From: Tubulanus polymorphus
Lineage: Eukaryota > Animalia > Nemertea
NCBI RefSeq assembly: GCF_964204645.1
Contig: NC_134034.1
Location: 5,058,914-5,122,913 of the forward strand
Length of the DNA: 64,000 bases
Direction: 5' to 3'
Part shown: positions 48,516 through 63,000 of the stretch, piece after piece
Layout: every line of letters begins with the position of its first letter
Numbering within the stretch: the stretch's first letter is position 1
The notes under the pieces: model-generated
The model's database searches: none
Told to the model about the DNA's origin: nothing
The model's input: only the letters and a program-made list of their open reading frames with translations
Position numbers and translations under genes: made by a program

Positions 48516-51237
48516 CAGTTAATTCTAAACAAATAATCAGCATGATTAGATTTTGACCACCGCTCTACACGCACAAAGAATGATGTCTGAACTGTTGATT
48601 TTTGATTCCAGATGGAAGAGCCAAAGAGCCGAAGTCGTTAACCGAACCGATAGTCATATGGCTCCACATAAATTTCGCATTTGGATTGTGTATTCTTGTG
48701 AGCACAAACTCCTCCCCACTCTCGTAAGAGAATGCAGATTCTACGTATTGCAGTCAATGAGAGCACGCTGTAACGTCACGCATTTTTGAATCCCATTGAA
48801 GTCGACAGTTCTAAGACAAATTAGTGTACACGCATAATTTATTTTCCCCCTCACACTAAACGTATGGGCAACAATTCCCTTCAAAAGGACTACCCTACTA
48901 CTTGAAACAAAACGTAACGTTTTGTTTCAAGTAGCGTAGAATACAATTCCGTGCCACGAAGACATTTTTGCGCCGAAATATCAGCAGATGGTGCCATCAC
49001 GTACACGTTAATAGTCTTCTTGGCAAATCCAGAAATAGAAATTTTCAATTCAATTTCTTTATCGTTACGGCATCGTTATCATTTTCGCTGATTTGATGTT
49101 TCGGCTAGGAATTTGTGCGAAATTCTCAATGATGTCTGCGGAAACCAGAAATAGATGCACCGTTTCACATGCTAATCTTACCGCGTAATATGGATACAAA
49201 AATGTTAATAACATGATAATATGAAGGGAATATTCGTCATCATTCGTTAAGAAATAACCGTCGATATTATGCTAATACGCTACGCTCCCTAAACCGTCTT
49301 ATATACGGTTGTTCCGTCAAGTGCATTGTCAATTTACCTCCGTTCCAAATTTGTGTATCGCCCAAAACATTTCGATCGAATTAACATGTCATATCAGAAT
49401 TTGATTTATATTCTCCTGTCCGCAGGGTTTGTCGATAGGCTGGGATGTGTTGTATCGGAATTTACTTTTTTTGGTTGATATATATTACTTTATTTGAAAA
49501 TTATGATTATATTAAATCGGAATTTACTGAGGGGCCTGTACCACAATTTTCATTTTTAATTGAACGCTGATAATCATAAAATACACATAAACTATGATAA
49601 GATAATTTTTGTGAAGTGTTTGGGATCCAGAATGACATTCGTATATCATCAGTAAAAATATAATAAGATAACGCTTCCGCATTTGTGCCAGCTAGAAAGT
49701 CGGGACAGTCTATGAAATACCTCCTCTCGTAGGCTGTCCCTCCCCGTTCAGCTAAATCGCCACACTGAACTAAATCGCCACTTAAACTGTTTCAGCTGTG
49801 TGAGGTACGTTTCAAATTTATCCAAACCTTAAGTAAATCAATAGTTAAATCTTTCTAGAAGTCATCACTAAAAATATCGCTATAGTGATTAACATTAGAT
49901 AAACTGTTTTATAAACTGTGCTTTCTGTCCACTCGACGATCGTCAGCCAGAATTCCATTCCTTTGTGCAGTACAGAGCCAAGCAATGAACGTATTTCATG
50001 ACACATAGGTACACGTATATCCGAGATTACTCGCCGAGCCATGAGTTGATTAGTCCAATGATGAAAATAATCAACACGTCATTCGTTGGACGGTCGGCGC
50101 TTATGAAATAAAATTACTTAGCCGCATTTGGGGTCTTTAGCAGACGTGAGCAATTCTTTGATGGACTTGTCTCGTTTCACCGTGTCAATTCGATGTGCAA
50201 AATGTGTTTTAGGCCTTAGTCTTTAGTATACATTCATGGACAAGTCTGGGGCCCGAGTTTTTTTAGTTTAACTATAACCTGGGGTTAGATAGCTCAACTA
50301 AAGAAACTAAATTAACAAGTAAATTACAAGTAAGTTACTGGCATTCTATGGTTCCAAGACCAAAGTTAGATACTTAGTCTTAGTCCATGATGGCAGCTAC
50401 GGCGAAAAGAGTGTGAGCACTAGTCTTCCTTTTGTCTTACTGTCTAAATTTCCACTACAGTTTTCTTTCATATACATTCACCCACTCACGTTCATACCAG
50501 TTTTGAAAGTCGAATATAAAACCCTTTCATCTCAAATGACCAACGATACAAATAACTCTTTTTAGAAATCTCTCCTCAAAGTCTAATTAAGCAGCGATGA
50601 TGATAAGATAAAGAGAATTCAAACTTTCACTATACAATAAAAAACCTTTACAAATGTACTTAGGCGGGCGTGAGTGGATGGATAAAAGATATTCAATTCG
50701 CTAATTGGATTCGCATTTTGGACTCGAAGTTTATTTCTTCCGGTCTTTTTTCGATTGCTTGTAATTAAACCTACCTTTCATGTTTTTAAAAAGAAAGAAA
50801 ATAAAGAACCAATTAATTCAACCATTAGTCAATTTCTCTCATTAGCTTGCTCTGTCGCGTATCGACTACTTTGAGGGCCCAGTCATCGGTTTTAGTTGCT
50901 GAAAAACCGTAGCTTAAAGACGTAAATCAAGTTGTCGCCTATATCAGCTGGGGGCACCCGTGGCCTATAATGACCGAACTAAGGGAGTACTGTACCATCA
51001 TAAACTAGATGCTCTTGGAAAGTAAACAATTATTGGATATATTCCAGGCAATCTTTTAAAGGGAACCATTAACAAAACTCACAGTCGCTTGCCACGAGAG
51101 ATGGGTACGGGTTGTCTGCTGAAATTTGGCACTCACACCCGTGGTATCTTTATGATGCAATGATGTCGAGGTCATGATATACTGATTGACCAATACCTTG
51201 ATCTTATTAGGATCAAGTTGGATAAATCAACCCCAAG

Positions 51238-51412
51238 CCAACACACACGAAGCAGGGAAACACGAAAAAAGGAGACGGAAACATGTTTTCGGGCGTTTCC
51301 CCGTGTCGTGTGTGTTTACGAGAAACGTGGTTTCGGGAAACAATGTTTCTGACATTAAAGATGTTATGTTGAATCCGTATTTCTCTGTTTCCCTGTGTCG
51401 TGTGTGCGTTGA
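51238..51412. repeat. Small inverted-repeat element
   Basis: caacacacacgaagcagggaaacacgaaaa ... ttctctgtttccctgtgtcgtgtgtgcgttg. Confidence 0.5.
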
Positions 51413-54400
51413 TTTTTAGTGTTTCTGCCGTAACGCCCGCGGAAACCCTGTTCCCGTGATATTGTTGATAGTGTCTCTTAGAGATTTTTAATGTCTCGCT
51501 TCGAAAAATCTAACCTGTTGTTCCTCTGACTCCGACCATCTGGCCTACCCAACGAGATTCAAATGGATCTCCGAACTTAAGGCTTAACGATTATTTCATT
51601 TGGGTTTAATCGAACATACACAATCCACTCATCTTGTCAGATAAAGGTATCCTTATTTCCATAGAAATAACTAGAATATATATTTGATGGCTAGCGGTGC
51701 TGGTGTAATCGAATCAGATGCCCCCTCCCACCGAGAGATTGACAGATTAAGTGGAGAGTCATAATAGGGCTCCTGGCCCTATAACCCTAACCTTCAATCC
51801 TGAGATCGATTGTAGGGGGCATCTATGAGGGGGTATTTCATTCTATGAAACTGGTACAAAAAGTATTGGTCCGGTAAAGACCTGATATATGGATGCGGGA
51901 AACGTTTTAACGTTTAACGTTGAAGTTTCACCTGACAATTAATATAGATATTTGATAATCGTAAAAAGCATAGAAACTACACATGTAGACACTGTATATT
52001 GATGTTGCAATTTTTCAAATTGTCCTAAGGATTCTTGAAATTGTGGGCTTTAAATGCGAAAAATTTTTATCAAGAAGATAATATCAGTTTTCCAACTTCA
52101 CCAGTGCGAATCATTGTTTCATTTAGCACACAGGTAATTATCAGATTTGAATGATAGCATTGCCGTTATTTGTTTCGACCTATGAACGAACTTGAGACTA
52201 TCAAATCAAAAAACTACATGAAGAAAAAATCAAATAATCCAAATGACTTCAGAGCGCGTTTCTTATTTGCTTTTATAATTTGATGTAATGTAGGTGTTTT
52301 CCCTCTAAAGCTTGGTTATTTTGTATCTATATTCAAAGAAAACGCTTGAAAAATTGATGATTCATACAGAAATTCACACTCTCGAGTTTAAAGCTCGTCC
52401 CGACAGTCGGAAAAAAAACCCGCTATTTTTGTCTTCCTAGATACACGGTGGTTTCATTGATTTCAAAAAGGATTAACAAAACAGACTTTCTTCACAAATG
52501 GTATTTCAAAGTTTCAAGGTATAGCACTTTAACATAGATCATGTAACAATGTTATTCCGTTCAACGGTCATCGTGCAAGTTTCGAATCTCGCGAATCTTT
52601 CGAATATATCAGATACCGGTTATCGTTATCTTATCTACTAGGTTTTATGAGGTGATTGAGGTTTAGATTTATTTGTTTAGTTACGGGAATTATCAAGACA
52701 ACGTATAAATACATTTTCTAATTGCGGTAGAACATGATGATATAATGGAACGAGAAAATCATGTATAAAAGATGTATCGAACACAAAACTAATACGGATA
52801 TATATCTACCTCTGTTTTATTGCACCTACCTGTTGCTTCTTGCACCCTGTTAACAATGGACACAAGCGTTTATTCCCGTCTACACTACAAAAACTTCTGA
52901 ATGAATCAATCCTCGGACTGTCGACTGTTTCAGTGTCGTCTGCTCGCTCCAATACGACTCTCGCACCTGCCAATTATTGGAAGTTCCTGTCGTGACGTCT
53001 TCCCAATACTGACAACGATTGGCCGAGATCTGCGTTTATTTCAAACGTCACTGATTTCGATGTCATTCAATTTCAAATCTGTTTTATCGCATCCCCCATT
53101 CAAACGATAAATACATTGTATTTTTCTTTCATTTTGCGAATATGGGAATGGTTAAAAAATGTTATCGCGCTTACAATCAGTCAAACCGTTGTTAATCTAA
53201 TTATAAGTTTTAGTTATATCTGGATCTAGTTCTGCTATTTTCAGTTTGTTTATCGCCCAACGATTTAAATGAAATGTTTCACAAGAGGATCCAGTTCTAC
53301 AGTTGTTTGAGATTTTTCATTTAGACCCTGAATTAGTTCAATTTAGGAAAGGAGCTCCTGCTACCGAATCATCCCCAGCTAGTTAATGAGACATGTCCTT
53401 ATAACACTCAAATTTTCTTTTCTATCTTCATTATGTATTTGAGTAGGAGGCTTGCATTGTAAATCAAAGCGACCACGGGATGGTGAATTAAATCAGAGAA
53501 CTCGATAAAACGCTCAAATGTTGAATTTTAGTCAATTTCATTTAGAAAATCCTCGTTCTTATTTCACAACTCGGTATTCAGCCAACCCGATGAAATTTCA
53601 AATTACAGATTATGCGGTCCCGGAATAGATACCGGTAGTGTACTCCTTTCGAAACAAAAGCGCTAAAATGTTCCTGAATCGATAGAGCCCAATCGAATGT
53701 GCTGATGTTCGTTTAAATGGTCAAAAGGAGTGGGCCCAAACATCTTTCTTTTCTACAGAGAACTCCCGCGTATTAATGGAATCGGAATGTGCTTTGTTCA
53801 ATACGCTGTCAAAAAGTACCAATTGAACAAATACCGCCAGACAAATCTTTTGCTGGACTTGGCGAAATTTACTGTGCGAATATGAAGGTTAGCTATCACA
53901 TCATGAGTAAAACAAGATGAACGGTATAATCGTCAACGAGTGAATAAAACAGTCAAGCAGTGAAAAAACCGACCGCGAGCGGCCGTTTGTACGTGCAAGC
54001 ACGCCTCATAGCAACCGAGTTACAACATCCCAGCACAGAGTTAATCATCTCGAGTTGATTAGGGGATGACACAAGTCAAATACGTGTCCGGCTTAAAATT
54101 CATAGTTTCTGAGATTGTTACCGCTGTAGTCAAAGACAACTGTTAATTGTTACCAGTACGAAGGCTGGTTTCGCTGACCGCTGCAGAATCTCCACACTTT
54201 TCGCCTAGCTCGCTTCACGGTCAGAAGATCTATTTCAATTATTGTTGTCAGTATCTACATCTTTATCATATACGTGTTTATTCATACAGGCAGTATATCA
54301 GCTATGTCGACAGAGAAGGGAAATACGCGACAGGACGTTTTGGCTAAATGTGCCGGGTTGATACTTCTTGTAGAAGCTGAATTAGCCGATATTTTTGGAA

Positions 54401-54781
54401 GTTCAACAACGTGTCCATTGACAGTTTGTTTCCCGTAAAATCTTAAATATTCTAAATCTTTAAAAGACTCTTTTCCAAAACACTGGATCTGCGCCTTGGA
54501 TTTCGACGTATGGCCCAGTTCTCTCAAGCCATTTTTCGGGCTACCACCCCCTCCCCAAAGAAAGAAATCCCCATGCTTATACGTACGGCCATGTCTATTC
54601 AGATTATTGGTAAATTTACACGCTTATCTAAAGATTATATAGTAAAACGATTCAGTAAGCAGTTCAAAGTAGTTCACACAATCTAGTGTCACGGTTTCTT
54701 AGTTTTGCGCTTTTCTCACGTTTCAAAAAGCATCGTGCGAAGTTATTGGATTTTAATCCCTATTTATATGTCACCGTATTA

Positions 54782-55480
54782 AGCAAGGCGCACACGAGCG
54801 ACGATTGATCGCCGGTCGCAGCGATCTGCAATCGTGTGCGATTTTCTGATGCTAGGTAAAACCAGCGACTGTGTGCGCGCCGGCATGCGACTAGCGAGCG
54901 ACGACGATGAGGCGATTGATCACATGATACCCAAAATGGCGGACATCGATGATGAAACCTTCGCTGCTTTAATGGGAGCATATTTGATTTTGACGCGTCG
55001 AAGACGCCGTCGTATTCAATCCAACGCTCGTGAGCCTGAACGCTGAAAATTTTTTCGCCCGGTCGCAGTACTCGGGGCTAGATATATCATACAGGCAAGG
55101 CCTCTCTTGCCACATCTCTACTAAAACATCTTCCATTTCTCTTGTCCATGCTTGTGTTTTCGTACTGCTGGGCGTCGCCATCTTGGAAGTACTGCGTGAT
55201 GTAACAGCGGTCGCTGATTGGCTGAAAAATTATTTTCCGACGCATCGCGTCGCTAGCTGCCGCACACGGAGCGATTGATGAGCGATTCTACTGCGACGTG
55301 CGATTTTCGATCGCACAATATCAAACATGTTTGATATTGTGCGATCGGTCGCTTGCGATGAAAACTGAAATCAGTCGCAGTCGCATGACCCCGCAGACGA
55401 GCGACGAGTCGCTGCGATTTCCATGCGATTTTTCAGTCGCACTGAAATCGCACGTAAAAATCGCTCGTGTGCGCCGGGCT
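54782..55480. mobile_element. PIF/Harbinger internal-deletion derivative retaining the 5' ends of both genes
   Basis: TTA TSD; TIR AGC..GGCGCACACGAGCGA; minus-strand MADF/Myb-SANT start (WTREMEDVLVEMWQERPCLYD, 54969-55181) converging on a transposase-like start (MADIDD...RRRRRR) at about 54937. Confidence 0.85.
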
Positions 55481-57659
55481 TTACATGTATATAAAGCCTT
55501 TTGTACCTGTTGAGGTAAGAATTTTTAGAGATTCTGATTAAATTGAGGATGAACAAGATTTCATCCCCCAATGTCTATTATATGACACCGAAAGGAATAA
55601 CGTTTTGAATTCGCTTCGAGATGCCGATCGACAATTTTTCCGAGGATAAACATTTTATTCTATTGATGTCCTACGACAATGATTTTGAGATTTGTAACCT
55701 AGGGTCCTTTGGCTCAACTCCAGAACAGGTTAAAGTAGATATGCGGGCTCATCATTTCACCGAGAAAAGAATTACTACGCACTGATCGCTAAACGGTGAA
55801 GTGAATTGAAAAATCGGCAATCGGCAATCAGAAACCTGATAGTCGGTGATTTCTCGGGTCGACAATCGGCAATCGACAATCGGGGCCTTTGGAAACTGTT
55901 TGGATTGTTGTAAGATCTTCGATTGATCCATGCGTTATACTAAATCTGCGTCGCTTTTTGAACAACATTTGAGCTCCTAACTCACAACCCATGGGTAGGA
56001 CACTAAACCGACTGTTTATTTATTGAAATCTGCAATTTAATTGATTCGATTTAGGTGGGAAACACTATGACCCAGGAGGCTAGCTTGTTTCAATTTTGAT
56101 CGTTTCTAATCTATTTTCTTGTATTATCTTTGACTTGGTCATACAACTCTACGATTGTACGTTTATACTCTATAGTTTCTTTCAATCTCTCGTATTTGTT
56201 TTCAATATATATGATGTTCCATTCTTCGCATTTGAATGTGCTGCCAATAAAGGTACGTTTACGTGCACCTCTTACGAACTTAAGTGCCTTCATAGCCTAC
56301 GAATATCCGCAGCATCGACCAATCAAAACTGGAAAAGTCTTCTTTAATTGACTGGATTCGGATCCGTTACGAAATAACATTTTCATTTGGATGGCATTCA
56401 AAGATATTTCTAGTTTTGCTGGTAAAAAGATCCTAGTTATCAAGCGGTTATCAAAATCGAGAAAATTGTTCAAATTAAAATTGTCACATTTTCTCATGTG
56501 ACGGTGACAGAGAGGATAAAACTCCGGTTACAATATTCACGAATCATACTCAGTCGCAGTGATTACACGCCATTTACAAATCTGTGTATCTTCGCACTGG
56601 GATCTTTCTCTAGTTCATTGGTAAAATTTAAGTTTTTACAGTGGAGCCTGAAAATCCGTTTACAAGATCAATTACAGAGATTGAGACAAAGTCAAAACTT
56701 TTCATCAACCGAATACGCTTGGAAATGTTTAATTCATAGGACTAACTCACACGAAATGGGCAGCCGTGGGACATTTACGCGCTTTTGTGGAAGTACTTTA
56801 TCTATATTTTTTCTAGCATGTTATAGTGATGATTGTATTTTTGTACTGCACATTTTAGTAAAGAAATAAACTTATATAATAATGATAATTGTCAAGTTCG
56901 GACGGAACGCCGGTGGCACGAAGCCTACACGTTATACACTCAGGGCTCGGTCACGAAAAAACCGGGAACCGAGCCCAAACACCCCTGCACTATCCACTAG
57001 CATAGTGTTGGCATACACAGCACGGCCCCGGCCATGCGTTATAGACCCCTAGGTGATCGTTAACAGAACGACCCAGTAAAAATTGCAATTAATCGCGAAG
57101 GAAATATACATAGAGTCGCGCAATCACGAAGCCAAGAAAAAACTTAAAGCATCGCAACACCGTAACCCACCGTCAAAAATCCGAACCCCGAACCCCACTA
57201 TAAGACCACCGGAATGATTCATTCCATGATAACGGCCTTCAGCGGGAAAGCGAAAACTCGGACCTCCAACAATATGCTCCAACATCGCCTCGAGCCCCTG
57301 GCCCCGCAATGGTGGGACGTATATTTGACAAAAGGACCCAGTTTAACTCCAGAATAGGTCAAAATAGTTCCATCGTGGATGGTTTTCTTAAATGAGGTGA
57401 GTGGTCCGGTTTTAAATTGCCGACAGAAACCTGATATTCGACCAGTTTTCACGTCGACAATCGGCAATCAGAAACCTGATTGTCGACAATTTTTTGAGTA
57501 GACAATCGGCAATCAGAAACGGCCGATTGTCGACCAGCTTTCTATTCGACAATCGGCAACCATAAACCAGATTGTCGTCCACACAATCAAAATCGCAGCG
57601 TAAGAATCCAAGAATTCTTACACTCTTGGAAGAATTCTTACTTTCTTACTCGTACGTCT

Positions 57660-59767
57660 AGTACATAGATATATAATTTAGTTTTTATAATTTGAATTAT
57701 ATAATGTTTCAAATTTTATTTCATAAATTTATAAAATTGATAAAATAACTTAAAATCAAACTCGTACTGTTTTTTTCAATAAAAAACATATATAAATTAT
57801 ATATTATCACACCCGTACCATTCGTACACTCATACACTTATACACATTCTAAATTCTAACATATTCATATTTTTTAACTAATATATTTCTTATTTTCAGC
57901 TAATGTAATTTATATTTTCTACCAATATATTTTATATTTCAACACTGGAAATGTATAAATTATATTCAAATATGTATTTATTTTCATAGTAATATATAAA
58001 ATCTATCAGATGAATATCATATTCATTACACAGCACTAGAATATGATATTTATCTTTAAAATGATACTAGTTATTGTTTCTAATTGCTAACTGGGTTAAA
58101 TAATATTTTGAATAGATTCAATAAGAAAAACAATAACTTAAATAATTAAGTTTTAGTTATAGAAACCTATTGTTTTTCTAATGTTTTTCTATTAATTCTT
58201 ATTAATACTAAATTTCTTTACATTTGACTAAAATAATACTAGAAAAACAATAAACTAACTAACTAAGTATCACTCATATTATTCTAGTACTGCCTAAATA
58301 TACTACCAATATCATATTTGAATTAATTACTTCTGAGACTTCAATATTTCAGAAATAAAGCGTAATTTGTATAAGGTACGTATTTAATACGTATTAGATA
58401 CCATTAATACCTATAACCCCTTTTTAATGAAATATTATTTTTACACTATTCTATACATTTTCGCCCAATATATTTTATTTTTTCAACCAATTTAACAGTC
58501 TATTTCTTATTTTGATTCATATAATTCATCATTAAGTTCGTGAATATATTTATTATTTCTTAATGTTTTTTTTCATTTTTATACTTTTTATTACAAATTT
58601 CACAACACTTAATATTATTCAATCTATCTGATAGATAAAATTTATATTATCTTTCAATTATGTATATTTAATCTTGCAATTATCATAGAAATCCAATAAC
58701 TGTTTCAAACTATAAACTGAAAATGAAACCATTCCAGAAACCATAATGATTAACTTAATGCGCTCTTGATTACTAATAAAATTTAATAAATTTAATATAT
58801 TTTCACTCATTTTTATAGTTAAATTTTTGTAGTTAAAATATATAAAATAAATTAAATTAAACGATTCTGTCTTAATCCTCTAAATCATTTTCTAAATTAA
58901 CTTTTTTATTCTTTTTATTTTTATTATTATTTCCATTTAACTTCTTTAATTTCTTACTTAATATCATATTTTCATTCATTAGATCCTTACTGATATTTTC
59001 ATAATAAAAGTATAATACGGCCAATATTAAACCTCCAGCAACTAAATAATGTTTCAAATCACTACTTCCGGTTGGAATGAAACCATCCATTTATCTAAGA
59101 AAAAAAATGAAAAAATAAAAAAAATATTTACTAGTTTTTGATTTAATATTTTATAACCATTTTTGAAGTATTAAACTTTAAGATGATTAAATCTAATAAC
59201 AATTAAACAGTTATTCGTTAACTAATTTCACAATATTTTAACTATTATATATTTGAAACATACAGCTTAATCTTATTTCAATATATAATTATTATTCTTT
59301 TCATATTTGATATGTTTATTGGTTTGATAATGTTTTGATTTATGTGATTTTTAAATATTTACCTCCGCAATAACAATATATTTTTTCATTAGGATTGAAT
59401 TTTCTAAAATGTTCATTTTATAACAAAACTGTTATTAAAACTCATTCAAATATAAATATTCAATGTTAAAATATGAATTATTTCTCACACTTTACTCACA
59501 CTTTTATGTTAAAAAATCTAATTTTAATCAACTCGTTAATTACTCGTTAATTTCACACTTTACTCACACTTTGCTCACATTTTCATGATTAATACAAAAA
59601 TAATTTATAATTTATTTTAAAATATATGAAATTCATGTAAATAATGTTCATATATATATGAATATTATTAGAGTAATAGGGAATAAGTTGTTTCATATCA
59701 AAGGTTGAAGGGGAGAGTGAGCTCGACCCTTCGACCTTTGGTATGAAACAACTTATTCCCTATTACT
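57660..59767 (-). mobile_element. Copy C: hairpin-ended fragment or non-autonomous relative of the virus
   Basis: Reverse-complement homolog of copy B (TM protein ORF 58872-59090, zinc-finger remnants); ends in the A-type hairpin. Left boundary approximate. Confidence 0.85.
59672..59767 (+). other. Terminal hairpin of copy C (96 nt, tip deleted)
   Basis: Outer arms identical to copy A; the inner segment between the two TGAG motifs is missing. Confidence 0.95.
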
Positions 59768-59919
59768 TATTGCATCTTTTTTCTATTTCATGGTCGACTA
59801 TCAGGTTTCTGATTGCCGATTGCCGATTTCTCAATTCACTTCACCGTCTATCGATCAGCGCGTAGTAATTCTTTTCTCGGTGAAATGATGAGCCCGCATA
59901 TCTACCTTAACCTGTTCTG

Positions 59920-60045
59920 GGGCCAGTTGCTCAAAGTTTGGTTAAAGATAACCGGCCGTTAAATACCATAGTAACAATGAAATTTCAATTGTCACCATAT
60001 CAACTATCCACTGGTTGCTCTAACCAACCTTTGAGCAACTGGCCC
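59920..60045. mobile_element. Harbinger-type MITE with CTG target-site duplication
   Basis: CTG|GGGCCAGTTGCTCAAAG ... CTTTGAGCAACTGGCCC|CTG; the empty site is visible in the partner TIR at 55711-55730. Confidence 0.9.
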
Positions 60046-63000
60046 CTGGAGTTGAGCCATTTCGTTTATAAACGAAGAAACGGACACGTCCCCCTGAGTA
60101 GGGTAATCGGTCCACCCACGGGGTGTAGTTTGGTCACGGTTTTGGTTTCGAATAATGATGGTTCAAGGCAACCAAGGATGTCGCACGATGTTGGTCTACA
60201 ATTTACGCACTGACCTGCAGTCCGGTTACACAATGACCCCAACGCAAGACTTGGGCGCGCGATATAGCTAGAAGTCAGTGGGGAAAACAACTAATTATCG
60301 ATATTCGGCTGATGACAAATCGTGCACAGGGCCAGTAATGTGCATTTACCAGTTTTCAATCAACGACTAGATGTGATCACGTGCTCGAACGAAATGGCTC
60401 GGAAAAACAAACTGATATTACTAGAAATTACCGAGAACAATAATCGTTATAACCGTGCGTCAATTATCGTGCGTCATTATAGGTATATGATACATGCATG
60501 ATATTGGAGGAGTTTAGAAGTATGCGTCTTCATCGGTCTTCATCTCTGTGACGTAACGCGTAGGATTAGCAGATAAAAATACCAATCACACCCAGTCCCC
60601 TGATCGTGCGCTGATATGAGCGGGCGTAGGTTTAGCCAGCCCGATTTGGAGCTCATGGACGCATAAACAATATTTACCAACGTACTTTTTCTGTACACGG
60701 CCCCGTAGTGAGTAAATGCCGACCTAGAAAAGTAATCCATTAAAAAAAAACTAGAACCATGGAACCAGATCTCGGTTCCTTTCTTCTGCGATAGGGTTTA
60801 CTTCTAGAGTTACACCGACCATTCGTGAAGCTCGATGTCCGTGTTGTAATGATTATATAAACTCCCAGAGTAAGAATGAACAAGAAGTCTATGGAGCATG
60901 AGATTTCGTCGAAAAATCGGAAGTTCCGCCGATGGATTTGATCGATTTCCAAATAACTTTTGTGATACACTTGAATTAATCAATGATACCGGACGGCAAT
61001 GGTTATAATGAATTCGATCGCAAATTATCGTTTATGCGACAGAGATTATAGGAGAAAATTGTGTTGCGACCATCCAAATACACGTCTAAACTAGCATGAT
61101 ACAAGATACTGCACGATTACACGTCATCACCGATGAGAGCAACATAATACCGATTGTTTTGTTTGTTTATTATTACTACGTTATAATTGGAATGTTTTGC
61201 GTAAATAGTATCTCAATATTTCATCTATTTTCTACCTCAACCCACTGAGCGTCAAACATTAACGGGAGCGATATTTCTTTTTCCCAACTTATTAGGGAGA
61301 GACCAGAGAAGAATCGTCGACCAAGAACCAGGATTCGAGCACATAAACACTGGATTGGCGAAATGCTTCCTCTTTGATTGGTAAAGATTTAAAAGGCAAT
61401 GATCGCGCAATAGAAATTTCACGGTACACAAGAATATCGATACCCACCATTTTGTGTGCAAGTTATTTCTGCACAGGTCTGTAAGGAAGTCATATTAGAG
61501 TTCGAAAGGTTTCCTAGAAACTGGTACCAATTCAAAGTTTCAATGTACCCTATAAAATCGGAAATGATATCGTTGTAACAAAATGGTCAAAACAATATAA
61601 TTAGTTTTGTTACAACATAATCATTCCTTAACTTAAGATGACTATTAGAATAAAGTGTAAACGTTGAATGAACGTTTAGGAAATATTTCAGATTCGATTT
61701 TCATTCATGGTGGGAGTTTTTATTTCAATAATTGCTTGATGAAGTGTGTATAGTAAAGTTTTAACTCAAAACTGTACGTACTGGATCAGATATTCCAAGA
61801 CTTATCTATGTTTCTTAAATAAGAGTTAAATGTGACACTAGAATTTGGCAATTGGGTTCCGTCGATCAGCGAATTGCGTAAAAGGGGCTCATTTCCTATT
61901 TCTCATTTCACTTTTTACGCTCACGATGAAACGTTTGTCAGAATTAGCATATAATAATTGCACCGAATATTCTGCGAAAATAAATAGACTATTTCACTGA
62001 CGATGTCGCTGGCCTTTACCCAATGAAGTTAATTAATTTTATCTTTCCAAAGCGGAAAGGTCAGTAATAATCAAGTGAGATCCGTGAGCCGTATATGAAA
62101 TAAAAAGTATGTAGGCCTTCTCTCCCTGACGCTCTGATTATTTGAATGCGTCGGAAAGATTCTTCCCAACAAACTATGCAGATATTTGAGCTGTGTTGAA
62201 TTTGACTGATAATTATTCCAGGGTACCGAAATCAGTTATTGTAATTTTGTTTGATGTTACAGCATCAGTTCCACAAACGTGTATCTTTACATGTCGAACA
62301 TTGAGAATGCGATTCTGGTTAGTATGATATAATTCCGATATTTCGACGATCGTGTGAATCCCGGCTATTTGCTCGTTAAATCTAAAGAACGTCTGCAAGT
62401 GCGACCCTTCCCTGTATTTATCCTGAATACTTTTAAATCATACTAGGGGATATACTTGCAACACAGCTTTTGCTCCGAAAACTCTCCCAGATCTTACTAT
62501 TGAGGTTCGACAGTACCATAAAGCAGGATTAAGTGGGTGAAGTTTGGTTAAAAAGGCGTTACTATTGTAAACTAATTGAAACCGAATATCAGTTAGTCAG
62601 AAAATAGCGAACCATTCGATTGTGAACGGCCGCTAGATTTTGGACCAAATTCCAAGATGGCTGTTATACTGCGAAATACGTAAGGCCGAATATTATAGTG
62701 CGTTCCATTGTAAGATCCGACCACTAGTCGACTACTTCAGAAAACCAAAGTTTGCCCTAGGTGAAAATCGATCGACTATTAGCGGATAAGTGAAACCGAA
62801 TGTCATTATAGTTCGAAAATGGTCACGCAATATTGTGTGCGGTCATTCTAGTTCAGACGTGGTTCATAGTTTCGGGCACTGGGGGAAATTTACATGATAA
62901 CATATGTATACGTATAATAACTATAGTGCGTCGATGAACACTAGTCAACTATCCACGAAATGCCGATGTTAATTTAACAACACTAAATGTCCATGATAAT

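Larger units (their letters stand above)
55711..60058. mobile_element. Unclassified DNA transposon with about 135-bp TIRs, hosting copy C and a MITE
   Basis: 55711-55845 (GGCTCAACTCCAGAACAGG...) is inverted at 59795-60058 once the MITE is removed; AATCGGCAATCAGAAACC sub-terminal repeats also at 57455-57575; no TSD found. Confidence 0.72.
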
